DNA of 64,000 nucleotides, taken from NCBI RefSeq assembly GCF_001194135.2, contig NC_068989.1, positions 8,810,474-8,874,473 on the forward strand, read 5' to 3'. The DNA is from Octopus bimaculoides. Lineage: Eukaryota. Position numbers and translations under genes: made by a program. The notes below the pieces were generated by a model. That model was not told where the DNA came from. It did not search any database and saw only the letters and a program-made list of their open reading frames with translations. Shown piece after piece: positions 10,062-25,100 of this stretch; the first letter of the stretch is position 1, and the number at the start of each line of letters is the position of its first letter.

Positions 10062-13000
10062 GTAAATAACAGGATTTTATTTACATGTAAAGCTGTTGGC
10101 AATTCGTGATCTGTTTCCAGCAAGATTACTCTTGAGAGAAATAAGAAAGAAAATGTAAAATCTGTTAATTATTGTTGTCGTTGTTGTTGCTGTTGTTGTT
10201 GGTGGTGATCATGATGATGGTAGTATTAGTAGTGGTGGTGTCAACAATGCGTCGCTTCCGGTTGTATTTCAGCTGTTTTTCAAAGATGCAGGTTCAAGAT
10301 TTTTCCCTCCGTGTGTTACATAAGTTTTTAATGATTCTGGGGAACTCCACATTTCCGCTGTTATTTTCGCCCTACGGGTCGGAATTTGTGGATTGCTTCC
10401 GTAGAATTTGCTCATTTCTGAAAAACAAAATCTAAAAATAGGCATAACCTCAAATTATTCGGCAAAATTCAAGGAAGCGAAATTACCGAATGGAATCACT
10501 GTTTTGACTCTGCCTTTTCCATGTTTAAGCAAAACACAATCATCACGACCACCACCACAATCTTCACCGCCATCACCTTCACCACCAGTTCAGACAGAAA
10601 CAACATCCAAAGTAGCAACAAAAAAACAACTGCACAAAAATAAATGTGAAAATGACAATAGTAATAACGATGAGAACAACAAAATTAAAGTAAAAAACAG
10701 ACAACTCAGTCTAAATAATCACTTTAAAATTACAGCAAATACGTGGTGCTTCGTCGGTTGCGACGACGTGGGTTCCAGTTGATCTGATCAACGGAACAGC
10801 CTGCTCGTGAAATTAACGTGCAAATGGCTGAACATTCCACAGACACGTGTATCCTTAACGTAGTTCTCGGGGAGATTCAGCGTGACACAGCGTGTGACAA
10901 GGCTGGCCCTTTGAAATACATGTACAACAGAAACAGGAAGAAAGAGTACAAAAGGGTTCGCCACCACCCACTGCCGCAGCTTTGTGGAGCTTTAGGTATT
11001 TTCGGTCAATAAATACTCACAATGCCCGGTCTGAGAATCGAAACCGCAATCTTACGACCGCGAGCCCACTAATACTAACATAATGCTAACTAATACTAAC
11101 ATAATGCTAACTAATACTAACATAATAAAGGAAAGATCAAGACACAACGACCAAAAAACTGTTTAGCAGATTCATCAGCTCTGCGTCAGGTATAAAAAAT
11201 TAATTTATTGTCTAAAGCAGTGGTTTTCAACCGAGGTCCACACGGACCCTAAGGGTCCATATAAGATTTTGGGGGGTCCACGTAACAAAATAGTAAATTG
11301 GGGATCCGCAAACAGTGTTTTAAGGGCTCCAGAAAATATTTTGCTTTAGATGTATGTATTGGTATGTATTGCAAGAAACAGGTAGGTTTCTTTCTCTAAC
11401 ATTTTACATAATTCAACCTACACAAGTTAATGTGTGAAAAACAAAATAGGAATTTTAAAAGAAGTATCTATATAACTGGTTTTCAAACATCGAATGGCGA
11501 TAGAAGTCCACCAGAATAAAATAGTAATCAAAGAGGTCCATAAATGATTTTTTAAATGGTTGAGAACCCGTGATCTAAAGAATCAAAAATTATCTTTACG
11601 AGGTCTGGCCGAAACATAGCTTTAAATATATCAGAATCCATCCAGCAAAAAACCAATCTCAAAACTTGTTTACAAATCTATAGAAGTAAAAAGTCGGAAA
11701 CTAGAGCAAGCGATACTTCAACAAATAGAAAATTGCTTCCGATTAATCTAAGAAACGAAAGCTTGTGATGCTAGGGGTAAAACACAATATAGTAGAGGTG
11801 ATATTTCTGATAATAAATGATAGGATAGGATAAAGTCCCTTCCCGAGTCATATAGACTCATGGGGCCGCCGGTTTTCCTATTTCTGTGGCGTATATATTG
11901 TCCCCTGGACGAGACGCCAGTCCGTCGCAGGATAACACATTTTTGCCAGCTGAGTGGATTGAAACAACGTGAAATGAAGTGAGTGTTCTGCTCAAGAACA
12001 CAACGCATCGCCCGGTCCAGGAATCGAAACCACAATCTAACGGTTATGAATCCAATACTAAGCCATGCGCTTTCAAGACAGTAGACGAGGTCAGGAAGCA
12101 CTCCACAACAACTCTAATGAGTGATGAATAGGTCTTCATACCAATGTACCTTGGTTGCAGGTCAGTAAAAATGAAAATAGTGGACGTAACCCAAAAAAAT
12201 AAAAAAATCTGTGAAGGACAGCTCCCCTCTTCGACACAGGGGACAAGACTAATATTTTGCTGGTCCAGAAGCTGCGGACACAAAGAGTTACAGGAGATCA
12301 GAGATTAAAAACGATCGCGGAAGAAATGATATGTGAAAGATTTAAAACGAGATTTACATACAATGATTGCATGAAAAAATAAGGAACAGAAAAAACAGTA
12401 AGGAAAAGAGAGGAAGTGGGGAGACAGAGAGAGATGAAGACAGAGAAGAGATAGAAAAAGAGACAGACGGACAGACAGATGTGTGAAGATAAGAAGAGAG
12501 CAATGTGTGGGAAAGAGAGTAAAGATATGAATTATTTAACAGTAAATACACAATCTGTAGGAATTCAATGGAATCAAAACTCAGGAAAAAAAAGCTGTTG
12601 GCAAAATAATACTCGGTTCCATTAGAGAATAAGAGTGTTTCTGTTCATTTTTCCTTTTTTTTTTTAATGACACGCATTATTCAATGAGGATTCTAGAAAG
12701 TTCTTTCCCAATGTTTATAGTTAATAAGCTCCAAAAATGAAAAAAAAAATATTAAGAATGAAATACCTTTTTTTTTTTTTTCATTGATTTCACTTCTACA
12801 TTAAAATCTAATATCGATTAGTTGTCAGACAAAATTAATTGCGCACTATCGGAAGTGACAGCTGTACAAAGTTGTAGGGTTTGCTGTCGCAATAATTCGC
12901 TACTATCGAGTTATTTTTTTTAATATTAAAGTTGAAATAAATACCAAAAGACAGGCAAGAGGAATAAAAATAAAACACCATTCGGTTTCTTTTCCAAATT

Positions 13001-16000
13001 CCTTATGTCAGTTAAACATTCTTCACAGAAGACACATCATACCATGAAGACGCCAAACTTAGAGGAATCTCTTCTCAGAGAAAGATGCTTCACTCATATT
13101 TATATGCATGGCTCACAAATGTTTTATACACCTGTCCTTGCTTATCACGGGTGTTTGGTTAAAATAAATCAAGTGAAATGCAAACTCAGGAACCTTTGCC
13201 TTCAACCAGTAAGGAAGAAGTAGCACGACAGAAGAATGGAAACAAAAGAGACAGCGAATTTGAGACAGAGAAAATTGTGTCGGACGAAGAGAGTGCTGAA
13301 AGATATCAGAGAAAAATACCTACAGGGAGAAATTTAGGAAACCTCGTATAATACGAAAAAAGTGTTGAAATCGAAAAGAAGGTAAGAAAGATAACAAATG
13401 TTATCAGAGTAAAATTGGCAAACTCAGAAGTTAAGAATGGCGTGCTATTGGAGGGAGAGAGAAAGAGGGGAGAGATTAGTAGAACTGTTTGGAAAAAAAG
13501 AGTTGTAAATATCACCACTACAGTTTAGATACGACGAGTTGCCGCCTGTTGTAATTTTCGACGATCTTATTTAATATTTGTTGTAATTGTGTTTTTAAAA
13601 AAAATGGGGGGGGGGGATATACATGACTGTAAAGTGAACTGTAATTTAAAAGAACAGTAAAATGAAACTGTTTACTTTGGGTGGGGCGAGTAAGCCATTT
13701 CATCCTCATTTTTTATCATAGTCCATTCGATATGAGTTTTATATGTACCCCAATGTCTTGTTTTGTCTGTCCTTGTGGTGTCCACTCTTTATAAAGGCCA
13801 TGTGCCTAAATAAAAGAAATCCAGCTGGCAGAATCATTAGCACAGAGGTTGGAAAAATGCTTTGTGCTATACGTTTTCGTTCTAAGTTCAAATCCTGCCG
13901 AGGTCAACGTTACTTGTCATCCTTTCGGGGTTGATAAGATATATTATCAGTCAAATTTCCAAAATTTGAAACCATTTAAAGATAACGAGCTGGAAGAATG
14001 GCAGCTAGAGCGATAGATAAATGCTTTTGTGCTATTTATTCCAGCTCTTTACGTTCTAAGATCGAATCCTGCTGAAGTCGACTTTGCCTGTTATCCTAGG
14101 GTTCAAAAATCTCAACCATTGTGCCTATAATAGAATGAATATTATAAAGCCTTTACAACAAAAATATGTAAGGCGAACTAAAACGCTACCCGTTCTTCCA
14201 GATACAATCTCTCTTACACAATAAACACTATTCTTATATGGGTGTTCGTTTCTACATATTTGTTTGCGCAGTTTATGATCATAATATCCCGGGTTCACTT
14301 CCAGGACAGTGCAGCTCTCGCGTCTTTAAACGTAACACTTTATTTCTCGGAGCTCAAGCCTACTCAACTGTGGTGAACTCTAGTTGTGAGCATCCCTGAG
14401 TTTATCCCTCTCTTTCCCCAGCTATTATATCCCGGGTGCTCCGTTGGGTCGAAAGATATATACCCGATCAGATCGGGTGTATATCTGATCGTAACCGAAA
14501 AAGTACCTAAAACAAATTAGCGAAAGAATCGCACAGGCTGCCAAGTCATGTTCCCTTGCGAGAGAAAACTTAATATAAAAAAGAATTAATAATAAATTAC
14601 GTACTTTCATTCATTTTTCGAAACAAGACTTGCCAACAAAATATAAAAACCTATGTTCTTATCCAGCGATGTTGATAATATATAACAATGGGCATTGGTT
14701 CTTTTTAAAGGTTATTTCGGTCTCCAATACAGACTTAGAGAAATTTTCATATGAACCATTCATTGTGTTTTTCTAAAGAAATTTCCTGAATTTACTGAAT
14801 ATTTTAATTTGCAATCTGTTTGTGAGATGCAGTGTTTCGTTGTTCTTGTTTTTATGCCTTTGTGGTTATCTTTTCTGAGTATTAAACAATGTTGCAGTTT
14901 GTATGCTTTTTATTACTATTGTAATATTTGTGTTTATTTGAATGTGTAATTTATGTGTGCGCCTGGGGTATACACGTAAAAGTTTACGTTCTTTTCATGT
15001 ATGGTGTGTATAAAATTGAACTGTCTTCTCTGCTTTTGTGTATGTGTGCGTTTTGTGTGTGTATGTACTTGGCTTTGTAGTTGCGTTTTGTGTAAGAATC
15101 TGTGTGGTTTGTATTTATTACGTTTTGGTATGTGTTTTGCTAACGGGTATTTGTGTGTGTTTGAGCGTGCGTGAAATGATTTGGCTGTGCGAACAAAATA
15201 CAATTTTATATTACTTGGGCTCAAACAACCGATGTATAAAACCAACGAGAAGTAATAAATAAATACTTAAATAGATCAGTTTTGGATTTAAAACTATAAC
15301 CAACATTGTATTTTTAGAACTTTTACGCTTTTAGAATCAAAGAATGATAATATTATATTCACATCTTTTGATCTTTTTATCGGCAGAGGAGGAAAAACGC
15401 AATTGGCCAAATCTAAAGGTGATCTGCTTACTGGCTAATGGCTTGTATCGTGGCATCACCAGCACTTCGCTGTGTGTCTGTTAGTGAAAACGTTAAATTT
15501 TTAACATTCTAATCTACCTGAATTTAAGTAGGTTTCATAGATAGAATTATATGAATCGCTGCCATAAACAAAAGATGCGCTGTAAAAATGGCGTGAGTTT
15601 CAGCAACTTAAAATACTGGAATCAATTCCTACTGTATCAGTACACAAAGTACTCTAGATTCGATGCATGAAAGCAGTGAGTTTAACGTTGGATTTCATAG
15701 CACACGCTTAAGGTGGTAAACTAGCAGAATCGTTAGCAAGCAAAACAAAATGCTTTGCGACATTTCTTCCTGCTTTGTTCTAAGTTCAAATTCCGCCGAG
15801 GCCCACCTTGATTTTCGTCCCTTCGGGGTCGATAAAATGAGTGTCATTTGAGCGCCGGATTCGATGCATGGCAACTGCCTCAACCGCAATATCAGGCTTT
15901 GTGGCTATGGCAGTGAAGATTATGTAGCTGACGCTACAAGTGCAAAAGGAAAAAAAAAACAAAGAAAAGACACATTTTTTTTTTACTAGATTGGTTCCAC

Positions 16001-16319
16001 AGTAGCTTGGTGTGAAGTTAAGATGGTATTCGTGCCAATATCTCCTCATCTAAGGCGGCGAGCTGGCAGAAACGTTAGCATGCCGGGCGAAATGCTTAGC
16101 GGTATTTCGTCTACCGTTACGTTCTGAGTTCAAATTCCGCCGAGGTCGACTTTGCCTTTCATCCTTTCGGGGTCGATAAATTAAGTATCAGTTACGAACT
16201 GGGGGTCGATGTAATTGACTTAATCCCTTTGTCTGTCCTTGTTTGTCCCCTCTATGTTTAGCCCCATGTGGGCAGTAAAGAAATAAGAAACGTTAGCATG
16301 CCGAGCGAAATGCTTAGCA

Positions 16320-16350
<31 letters not shown>

Positions 16351-17778
16351 TCCTTGCGTCTGTATTTGCACTTGTTCCACTGCTAGAAACCGGTATTAGG
16401 TTGTTTATGTCCCTGTAACTTATCGGTTCGATAAAAAGGGACCGCTAGAATAAGTACCGGACTTTTAAAATAATAACTTCTAGGGTCGATATTTTCGACT
16501 AAAACCTATCAAGGTAGTGCCCCGGCATGGCCGCAGTGGTGATTACAACAAATAAGTGATAAAAGATAAAATGTTATATAAACAAGGAAAGTAATAGGAC
16601 AGAATAAATAAAAGATATCAATGCATATGTGATCATCTTATTTATTTATGAGAAATGGTAACTGGGGAACTTAGAAATTCATGTTTTCGCAATGATATTA
16701 ACAGTATATTCAATGTCAATGAAAAACAATCGAAGTGATGGAACCAAGTCGCAGACTTTAACCCATGGGATTCCTTTCTCCTTGTCTCCGATATAATCTT
16801 TCAGATTTTTGAACCATTAAACAACGAATATTTAATATTTTTTTGTTCATTGATATTATATTTATAACCCGTCAAGTTGTAATATCAGTAGAGGAGAATA
16901 AACCTCTTTTATATTGGTATTGATCGCTTCCAAACTACAACTCTCATGGCCTTCAAAGGCAGGCCCTCCATGTTGATAAGTTACCAACTTGCATTTGACA
17001 GTTCGAATCGTACTGCAATCAAAGTCCTTGGCCTAGGTTTCTAAACTTAACCGTTCGAGGTGGTTTGTTATCACTGCCATTACATACACCACGGACTGAC
17101 TTAAGGCCCTCAAAGGCCCTCCCTGTTGATAAGTTACCAACTTGCGCATAGTAGTTCGAATCGGACAGCAATCAAAGTCCTTGGCCTAGGTTTCTAAGCG
17201 TAACCTTTTGAGATGGTTCATTATCACTGCCATTACATACAGCACGGACTGACTCAACTTTCACGTCACTTTGACGAATGAGAATTCAGTAAGACATACC
17301 TGCGCAGTGTTCTTAGTCGCCACTGGATTTCTGAAGATATTGTGTTGGTGTCGATGCAGGCGTCTTAGTTTGTTGACCCATCTGCATGATGAATATTATT
17401 ATAGTGAGCGTGTTTTGTATAGAACCTGTCCCCCTTCCCGTCCTTCAAATTGTATTGGTTTCATCCCACCGACCCATCGGCTATCGGGATTAAAGATTTT
17501 TATGGAGTTGTTTCCTCTTAGATGAGCAGCTAAGGAGCTGAAGGGTTACATCTGCTCTGGGTCCATTGGAGTATCTCTGACTGTTCATCTTCTGGAGGCG
17601 ATTCCGTAGCTGGGTGCCTGGCAAATACTACTGCTCCAAGCCAGAGTAGATCTGGCAACAGTAATGGCTAAGAGGTGGTAGCACACTGCTAAGTTACGGG
17701 GACCTAAACACACCAGCATCGGTTGTCAAGCGATGTTGGGGGGACAAACACAGACACACAAAGATATAATCACACACT

Positions 17779-17813
<35 letters not shown>

Positions 17814-19233
17814 GACGGGCTTCTTTCAGTTTCCGTCTACCAAATCCACTCACAAGGTTTTGGTCGGCCCGAGGTTATAGTAGAAGACACTTGCCCAAGG
17901 TGCCACGCAGTGGGACTGAACCCAGAACCATGTGGTTGGGAAGCAAGCTACTTACCACACGGCCACTCCTACGTCTATGATATTGATGATGAAGTGTATG
18001 AAAACAGGTTAAGACAAAGAAGGTTGAAGGATTAGGGTGGGAAATTAGTGTCGAATAAAAAAAGTCTCTTGTGTAAATTTGCTGGAAGATTGCAAGTCTT
18101 ATTTATCATTACCCTCGTCGTCAGTTTCGAAAAACAACGTAAGACGACCAAGAAACTGACTTGTACAAAACAGTTATAAAAAGCGGGCAATAAATGCAGA
18201 GTTTAAGTCTATTTAAAATACTAAATTATCAGAAAGGAAACTTTTTTGTGTCGTTATTTTTAAGAAAAAGTAGTTTTAATAGTCTTCGAAAATTTCACCT
18301 AAACCTAGGTCTAATGAAAAGTTCACCGTTGAAACAGTTATAGTATTTTCAAAGATTGTGTCTGGAAAATGTCTGTCTCATTTACATTGAATTACCTTTA
18401 AATCGTGGCAATAAAAACAACTGGCAATGCGAAATATATTGCAGCTATTTATTTCAATTTCTGCTCTAGTCTTTACCTTATATTGCAAGTGATAAATGGT
18501 ATTAAATCTTACTGCGATTCCATGAAACAAAAAAAAATCAATATAATTTGCAAAAACAAATAAAGTAACTAAGGTAAAAAACTGAAAAATACAAATCTCA
18601 ATAAGAAAGCACTGTTTATTAAGTGAGGTATCTTACTGAAGACTGAACCAAATAATTCCGGAGAAATTTTACTGTTGTTTCTGAAATAACCTTTTTTTAT
18701 GTGTGAGGGTGTTGATAGCACCGAAACAGGAAATAAAATATTCATTTTGCATCGGTAGTAGTTAAGAGCTTCATACGACATCTAGAAGTCACCTCCCTTT
18801 GGATTTAATAAGATTTCGGCAGCCGTGTCTGAAATCACATTTTGACTCTCTGATGGAATCATTTTATTTTACAGACAACGCTAATCCTAGTGGCCTAAAT
18901 ATTGGTTTCAAATTTTGGCACGAGACCTGCAATTTCGGGGAGGGGTAAATTGATTGCACCAATTCCATTGCTTCACTGGTACCTATTTTATTGACCTCGA
19001 AAGCACGAAATGATAAATCAACCTCGGCAGAATTTTAACTCAGAACGTAAAGACAGAAAATATACTGCTAAGCGTTTTCACCGGTATGCTAACGATACGC
19101 TAGCTCACCGCCTTTGTGGCCTAAATTTAGTTATTGGTTAACCGCGTTTACGAAACCAATTACGAATTTGTACGTTCGCTAGCTTTTCCGACATTAAAAA
19201 AATATTAATCGTTCTTTTTTACTTTGCTCGCTA

Positions 19234-19276
<43 letters not shown>

Positions 19277-22095
19277 CTGCTTTGGAAAATATATATAGAT
19301 ATACTTCGGAGAATACATATATGTGGGGCTGGAGCTGTACATGTGTGTCTATACAAATTTGTCTTTATAAAGTGTATGCACACGTCCATTCAAGTGCTTC
19401 TGTAAAAACATCATGAGTCTATATTGTGTGATTATTCAACTTATAATAAGCTTTCCGTTAAAGTAGAGTTGAAGATTAGAATATTTCCTTTCTCCATAGA
19501 GCATCGTGTGTATAATGGGTCCTGTATTGTGATGACAGCATCTATTGAAAGTAAATTTCTTCAGTCAGCATCGCGTGCGGAGTCAACTCTATTTAGAAAG
19601 CATGTGTAGAATTAGCCTTGTTTTGTGTGTAGGAACGTCTTGTTCAAGGCTGTCACTGATTAGGTATGCCTGTTGATGTGAAGTACTCTAATTGATAGTT
19701 CATTTCAGCGAATTATTTCAATCGTAAAGTGAATCAACGCCGCTGTGAGCGCTATATCATCTGTATGATGTGGAAAATATTCCATCAACATTAACTAAAT
19801 GATATAGGTAACATCTTTAAAATTCATCCAAGGATTGGCCTCCGTGCCATACGTCCGCTACAGAAATCATGTTCGTGTCGTATCACAACACTACGACAGA
19901 AGTATTTCACCTCAACTGGCCCTGCTCTCTTCAACATCGTGCCAACCCACATAAAGGAGGAAAGTGATTTCATGGAATCCAAACGGTCCCTAGATGATTA
20001 CCTCCAACAAATACTAGACAGACCACCCACACCCGAATATGTCACTGAAAATAATAACTCTCTGCTCGAATGGGATATGGTACCCAAGAGCCGACTGTGT
20101 ATATCTTCCAGGTGGTGGGCCAACTTCGGCTGAAACTTATTTAAGTAATGTAAGTAAAATATTGTGATTATATCGCCAGCACGATTCGAAATTTAGTTCA
20201 CTCTGTTTTTTAGAGGAGATTCTCTAGAAGCCCATGACAGTTAAAAATACGGGATTCTAACACTGTGGCTTATTAGAATATACAAAAGTTATCCGTTGTC
20301 GCGGAACAATTAACATCTACAACATAAGCAAGGAACTAATTGCAACGTAAAAGGTAATCTTTCAAAAGAAATACCTGCAAAAGCAATAAAGTAATTGCTT
20401 TGTCATACATGATAGAACAAAACCTAAGACCGATACTGGACTGAAGTACGTTTGCAAGGGTTAATTAAATCTTCCAAAACCTAAATCTGTTATATGTTAC
20501 ATAAGTCTTTTGATTCTAGAAATATGGCTAGACATTCATGTTAAATCTTTGGTTTATTCTAATTATCACTTTTAGGAAACTTCAAAGTCGAGGACGTAAT
20601 TCTATACAGGTATATGGATAACATGTGATGTGAAACGTTAACCACTAAACCGAGAAGCTGTGTTTCTGTTAACGCATTTGACAGAACTATTCTATAAAAT
20701 TCAATTAACCCTTTTACTTTGGGCTTGGATCTGAGAAAGAAAATTTGCAACATATTGGAGTGCATCCCTAATTCAATATTCCTGCATTCTGAGTAAAATA
20801 TCATACCTTGATTATATTACCTACAGGTAACTCAACAATTACAGTTAATTGGGCTTTGATTATCGTTTCGGTTCTTTGAAGTCCTTTTACAACAGTTAAC
20901 TGAGTGTGATTAACTTTGTCGGTCAGAGAAGCAATATCAAAACGCAAAACGATCAAATCCTATAATTTTATAAATCCATTTTCTTAAACAGGGTATTTAA
21001 GAAAAATAATAAACTTCATTATGTTGTTTATGGTGGAAGTTTGTCAGAATCGTGTTAACGAAAGCGTTGTGACCTGTTATAACTCGATATTAACGCTTCC
21101 AGTGTGATGTTATGCATGTAAACCTTGATTTTGCTTAGCTCTAGATCAATTTTCATAGAATAAACTCATGGCAAATATGTTGTCCGTCGAAAGTCAAGGT
21201 GTTATTCACAACATTGTCGGACCGAGCGATGTGTTGTGTTTTTGAGCAAAACACTTCATTTCACGTTACTCCAAGGCCACTCATCTGTAAAGCAAACCTG
21301 CAACGGACTGGAAGAATATTATGATCTCGGTCACTTATACGCCATAGGAACGGGATAACTGAGCCTATGAGTCCTAGGACTCGTATCCAGAACTGATAAT
21401 GAATCGTAATGAGTCACAGCCACATATCCAGTGCTTCAGACATATCATGTCTCTCTCGAGTTATCAATCATTCTGACTCGAGTTAATTTATCATATGTTG
21501 TACAATGCGGCAGTCTGGACACGCCGATTATCTCCCCTATCTAGTTTATTTCTAAATCGCATTCCTTTCTTTTAATGACGGTGTTTGCCACAAAGGACCT
21601 AGATAAAACCAACTTGATTGGAGTTTAAAAGTCATTGTTCTATTGCATTTATCATTTGGTATTTGCGGTGGTTTGAGGCAACCCAATACTTTTTAGTCGG
21701 TTTGCTCTGCAAAAAAAATATTGTACCCAAGGCCTTTGCTGGCTCCCCTAAACCGGATGGTATCGATACAATTAATGTTGCTTCTCACTGTAGGCTAACT
21801 AGTATATTTACAGTTCTACTACTTTTGTATGTATGAGCACGGTAGAGACGAAATAGATTGGAAAAGAAATAGTATACTTAATTGAACATAACTCACACAT
21901 CCCATCATTTTAGATATTTACTTTAATCAACCATTAAATATAGTATTCAACATATCAAATTACCAAGCTAATTACAGTGATTAATCACTTCTCAATTATA
22001 TTCACTGCATCGGTTGTTGGTCGTCTGTATGTGTCAATAGGATATGCGAATCAAAACAGATTGATATTTAAGGAGCTTATTGATTCTGCTTGCTT

Positions 22096-22153
<58 letters not shown>

Positions 22154-25100
22154 CAGTTTTCAAGTTTTCTGAGACTGGAATGAGACTGAAATTTTTTACA
22201 AGTGCAAGAAAGAGATTCTACAAGTATATTTGTAAAAGATTTGCTCTAGATATCGCATTAATGTTTATTTTCGGATATTGTGCAATTCGGAATTATTTGA
22301 TTGTATGTTTTATCCGACCTATGCAAGGGTATCAAGATATAAGTAGTGTATCTGCTTTTATGTCTCTTTTAACGTCCAATGAAATGTCCAGTGAGACATC
22401 GTCAATGGTTTCGTCATGATCCCATTGCTAAATATTATCATTGAATTTTAAATTGGCTTTAATTCATCATCGGAATTTCGATTAATGATTTTTTTTTCTA
22501 TACTCTGAAACAAGGATTTTCTCAACACAACACGTAGGAAATATATTTCGCTATTAAACATGCATACAACTCAACTTGATATTGACTTCCCATAAACGTT
22601 TTCTTAATAAACATAGTCTACAGACGTCGACATGAGTGATACGACATGTGTATGCTTACGATTTGCACTGGATGTTTAGTCTCTTAACGTCGTATTTGAA
22701 ACTTACTTCAGATCAATGTTCACAGTTAAATGGAGATTTGGCAGTTGAGATTTCATTTCCATTGGATGGTCGTTGTCTCTGAGTCCGTTATAATGGCATC
22801 ACTATGATGATCTAACAAAGGGGTTACATAGGATTATAGGCATTAGAGCTTCGTACGAATAGAATAACGTTAATACTCGCCCGCTGTGACATTTTTTAAA
22901 AATATGGTAAGATGCTGACGCGAACTAGTTAATCTGCTCTGGTATACATTGCAAGAAGTAGGAGGTTTTGTTGATAAAGATAGGTAGTTATCCAATCGAT
23001 AAAAGACCCGTGATAAAGTATATAGTTGCATTTTTTTTCATAGACGAGATACAAATAGAAATAAAGAAATAACTTGTTCATCCCAATGGAGTTTCTGTTA
23101 CATACGAGTAATTTAAAACATCGGGAATCTTGCTTATCTATAACTTATTACTGATAAGTAAAAAGAAAACACTTTAAAATTAGATTTTAGCCTAGAAATC
23201 AGTAAGTAAATATATTAATATGTATTAAACTTTTTCGTGAGAACTATTTTGTTTTCTTCAATATTAACCTTGCAAAGATATATATATATATATATATATA
23301 TATANNNNNNNNNNNNNNNNNNNNNNNNNNNNNNNNNNNNNNNNNNNNNNNNNNNNNNNNNNNNNNNNNNNATATAATATTTGTGTATGTCTTAAGAGAA
23401 ATATTCTAGAAGTCATGCAAAAACACAACTGTAGAAAATTTTATTAATATATGCCTAATGAAATATCGTTTATACTTCATTGAAAAACGCAAGCATTATG
23501 GTAATGATGCATTATATAAACACATCTGTTATGTCCGTCAAAAATATCAACCAATCTGCATATACCAAATATATATTCAACCTGTGACATTAAACTTCGT
23601 TTCATATCTGAAAATATATTCCGTCCCCGAGATTCACTGAAGCATGAAAACTACAGTAGGGTAACCACCTTAATCTTTGTCTCTTGAATGAAAGAGGAAG
23701 AAGAAAAAAGGATTAATGCCATCAAAATGTCAACGCTGAATTTAATCCTATAACTTTTTTAAAAAAACTATGTACAGAAGCTGGCCTGCTATACGAATTG
23801 AACACCCAACGCTTATGCTACTTTTCATGTAAGTATGATATCGAATCGATATTTGCATATTAACATCAGATCGACATTTCCAACAGAGATTTTGCAAAAC
23901 AATTCAACAAGCAATTTAATCTGAGAACATAAAAAGAAAAAAAAATTAAAACATCATTTTATGCTTTTCGTTATTTTTTTTTTATATCTAATTATCTAAA
24001 AGTTCGCAACCTGGTTCCGTCTAGTAGTAGTAGTTTCAATTCTCCTAAGTTCTTGGATACCATACAGTTCCATGTTTCTCCCGCTTTTATATCGTCCGAA
24101 GTATTGCTGCTAATCGAGAAATCAATTGTCCTATTTTATATTTTACCTACATTCTTCTGATTTCGATCCGCAAAGAAATAAAAGTCACATTAATGCTTAC
24201 ACGGTATCCACACTTAGTACAGCACAGTTACAGAAAATACAAGTTTGGCTTCCACTTCAAATACAATTGTTCTTCAAATAGATGTAACCTCTACATCAAC
24301 TGTTTTCACACCGAGAAAGATGCTGCAAATTCTGGCTACCAGAAATATATTAACTGGAGTCGATCCAGATAGACGTTGAATATATTGTTAATCTAATCTG
24401 TTCTGATTTAACATCAGTAGAGTCTGCGGATGAGGATAACTTTCCTCTTTCTCTTGTCAGTCTTGACGCGGCAGAAGTGCTGCTCTTCTCTCTCTCTAAC
24501 TAAGCGATGAAAATCACAAATATCGGTATACTTTTAGACTAACGACTTTTGTGAGTGAAGTTTTTCAGTATAGAAACAATAAAAATAACCAAAATACTCT
24601 AAAAATATTCATGAAATGAAACAAATCCTCTTGGTGTCAGTGTTTCAAGACCTTAAGACCCATAGGTTTCTATGGGGCGTAAGTCACCGAAATCAAAACA
24701 TCGTCCCTGAACGGGATACCATTCCGTTGCAGACTCACTCATTTAGAGCTGAGTGGACGGGAGCAACGTGAAATGAAGTGTTTTACTCAAAGACACAATG
24801 CAGCGCCCAGTCTTGGAATCGAAATCAGCATCCTTTGATCGTGAATGGAACACCCTAACCACTAGGCCATGTACCTTCACGAAAAAAAAAGGAATGAATT
24901 ATGAGGGAAATCACTTGATAGATGTAGCGAGAGACGTAACAGATGCCTTCAAGTATATGAAACCTGGGTCTTTTAGGAGTTTCGAAAATGGGAAATGTTA
25001 GCCTTCTAAGAATATTATTTAGGAATGAAATGAAAGTCTCCCATCATGGAATCCAAATTACTCGTAGAGTCGGTTCGATATGGCATTTAAGAGTTAGAAA

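Noticed and set aside
12060-12300. Possible LINE ORF1 relic (..[16 protein letters not shown]..)
   Set aside because: Similarity is only impressionistic and cannot be supported without a database search.
16054-16145. SINE heads as tRNA genes
   Set aside because: A/B-box-like motifs are present, but there is no cloverleaf; they continue into SINE bodies and occur in many decayed copies.
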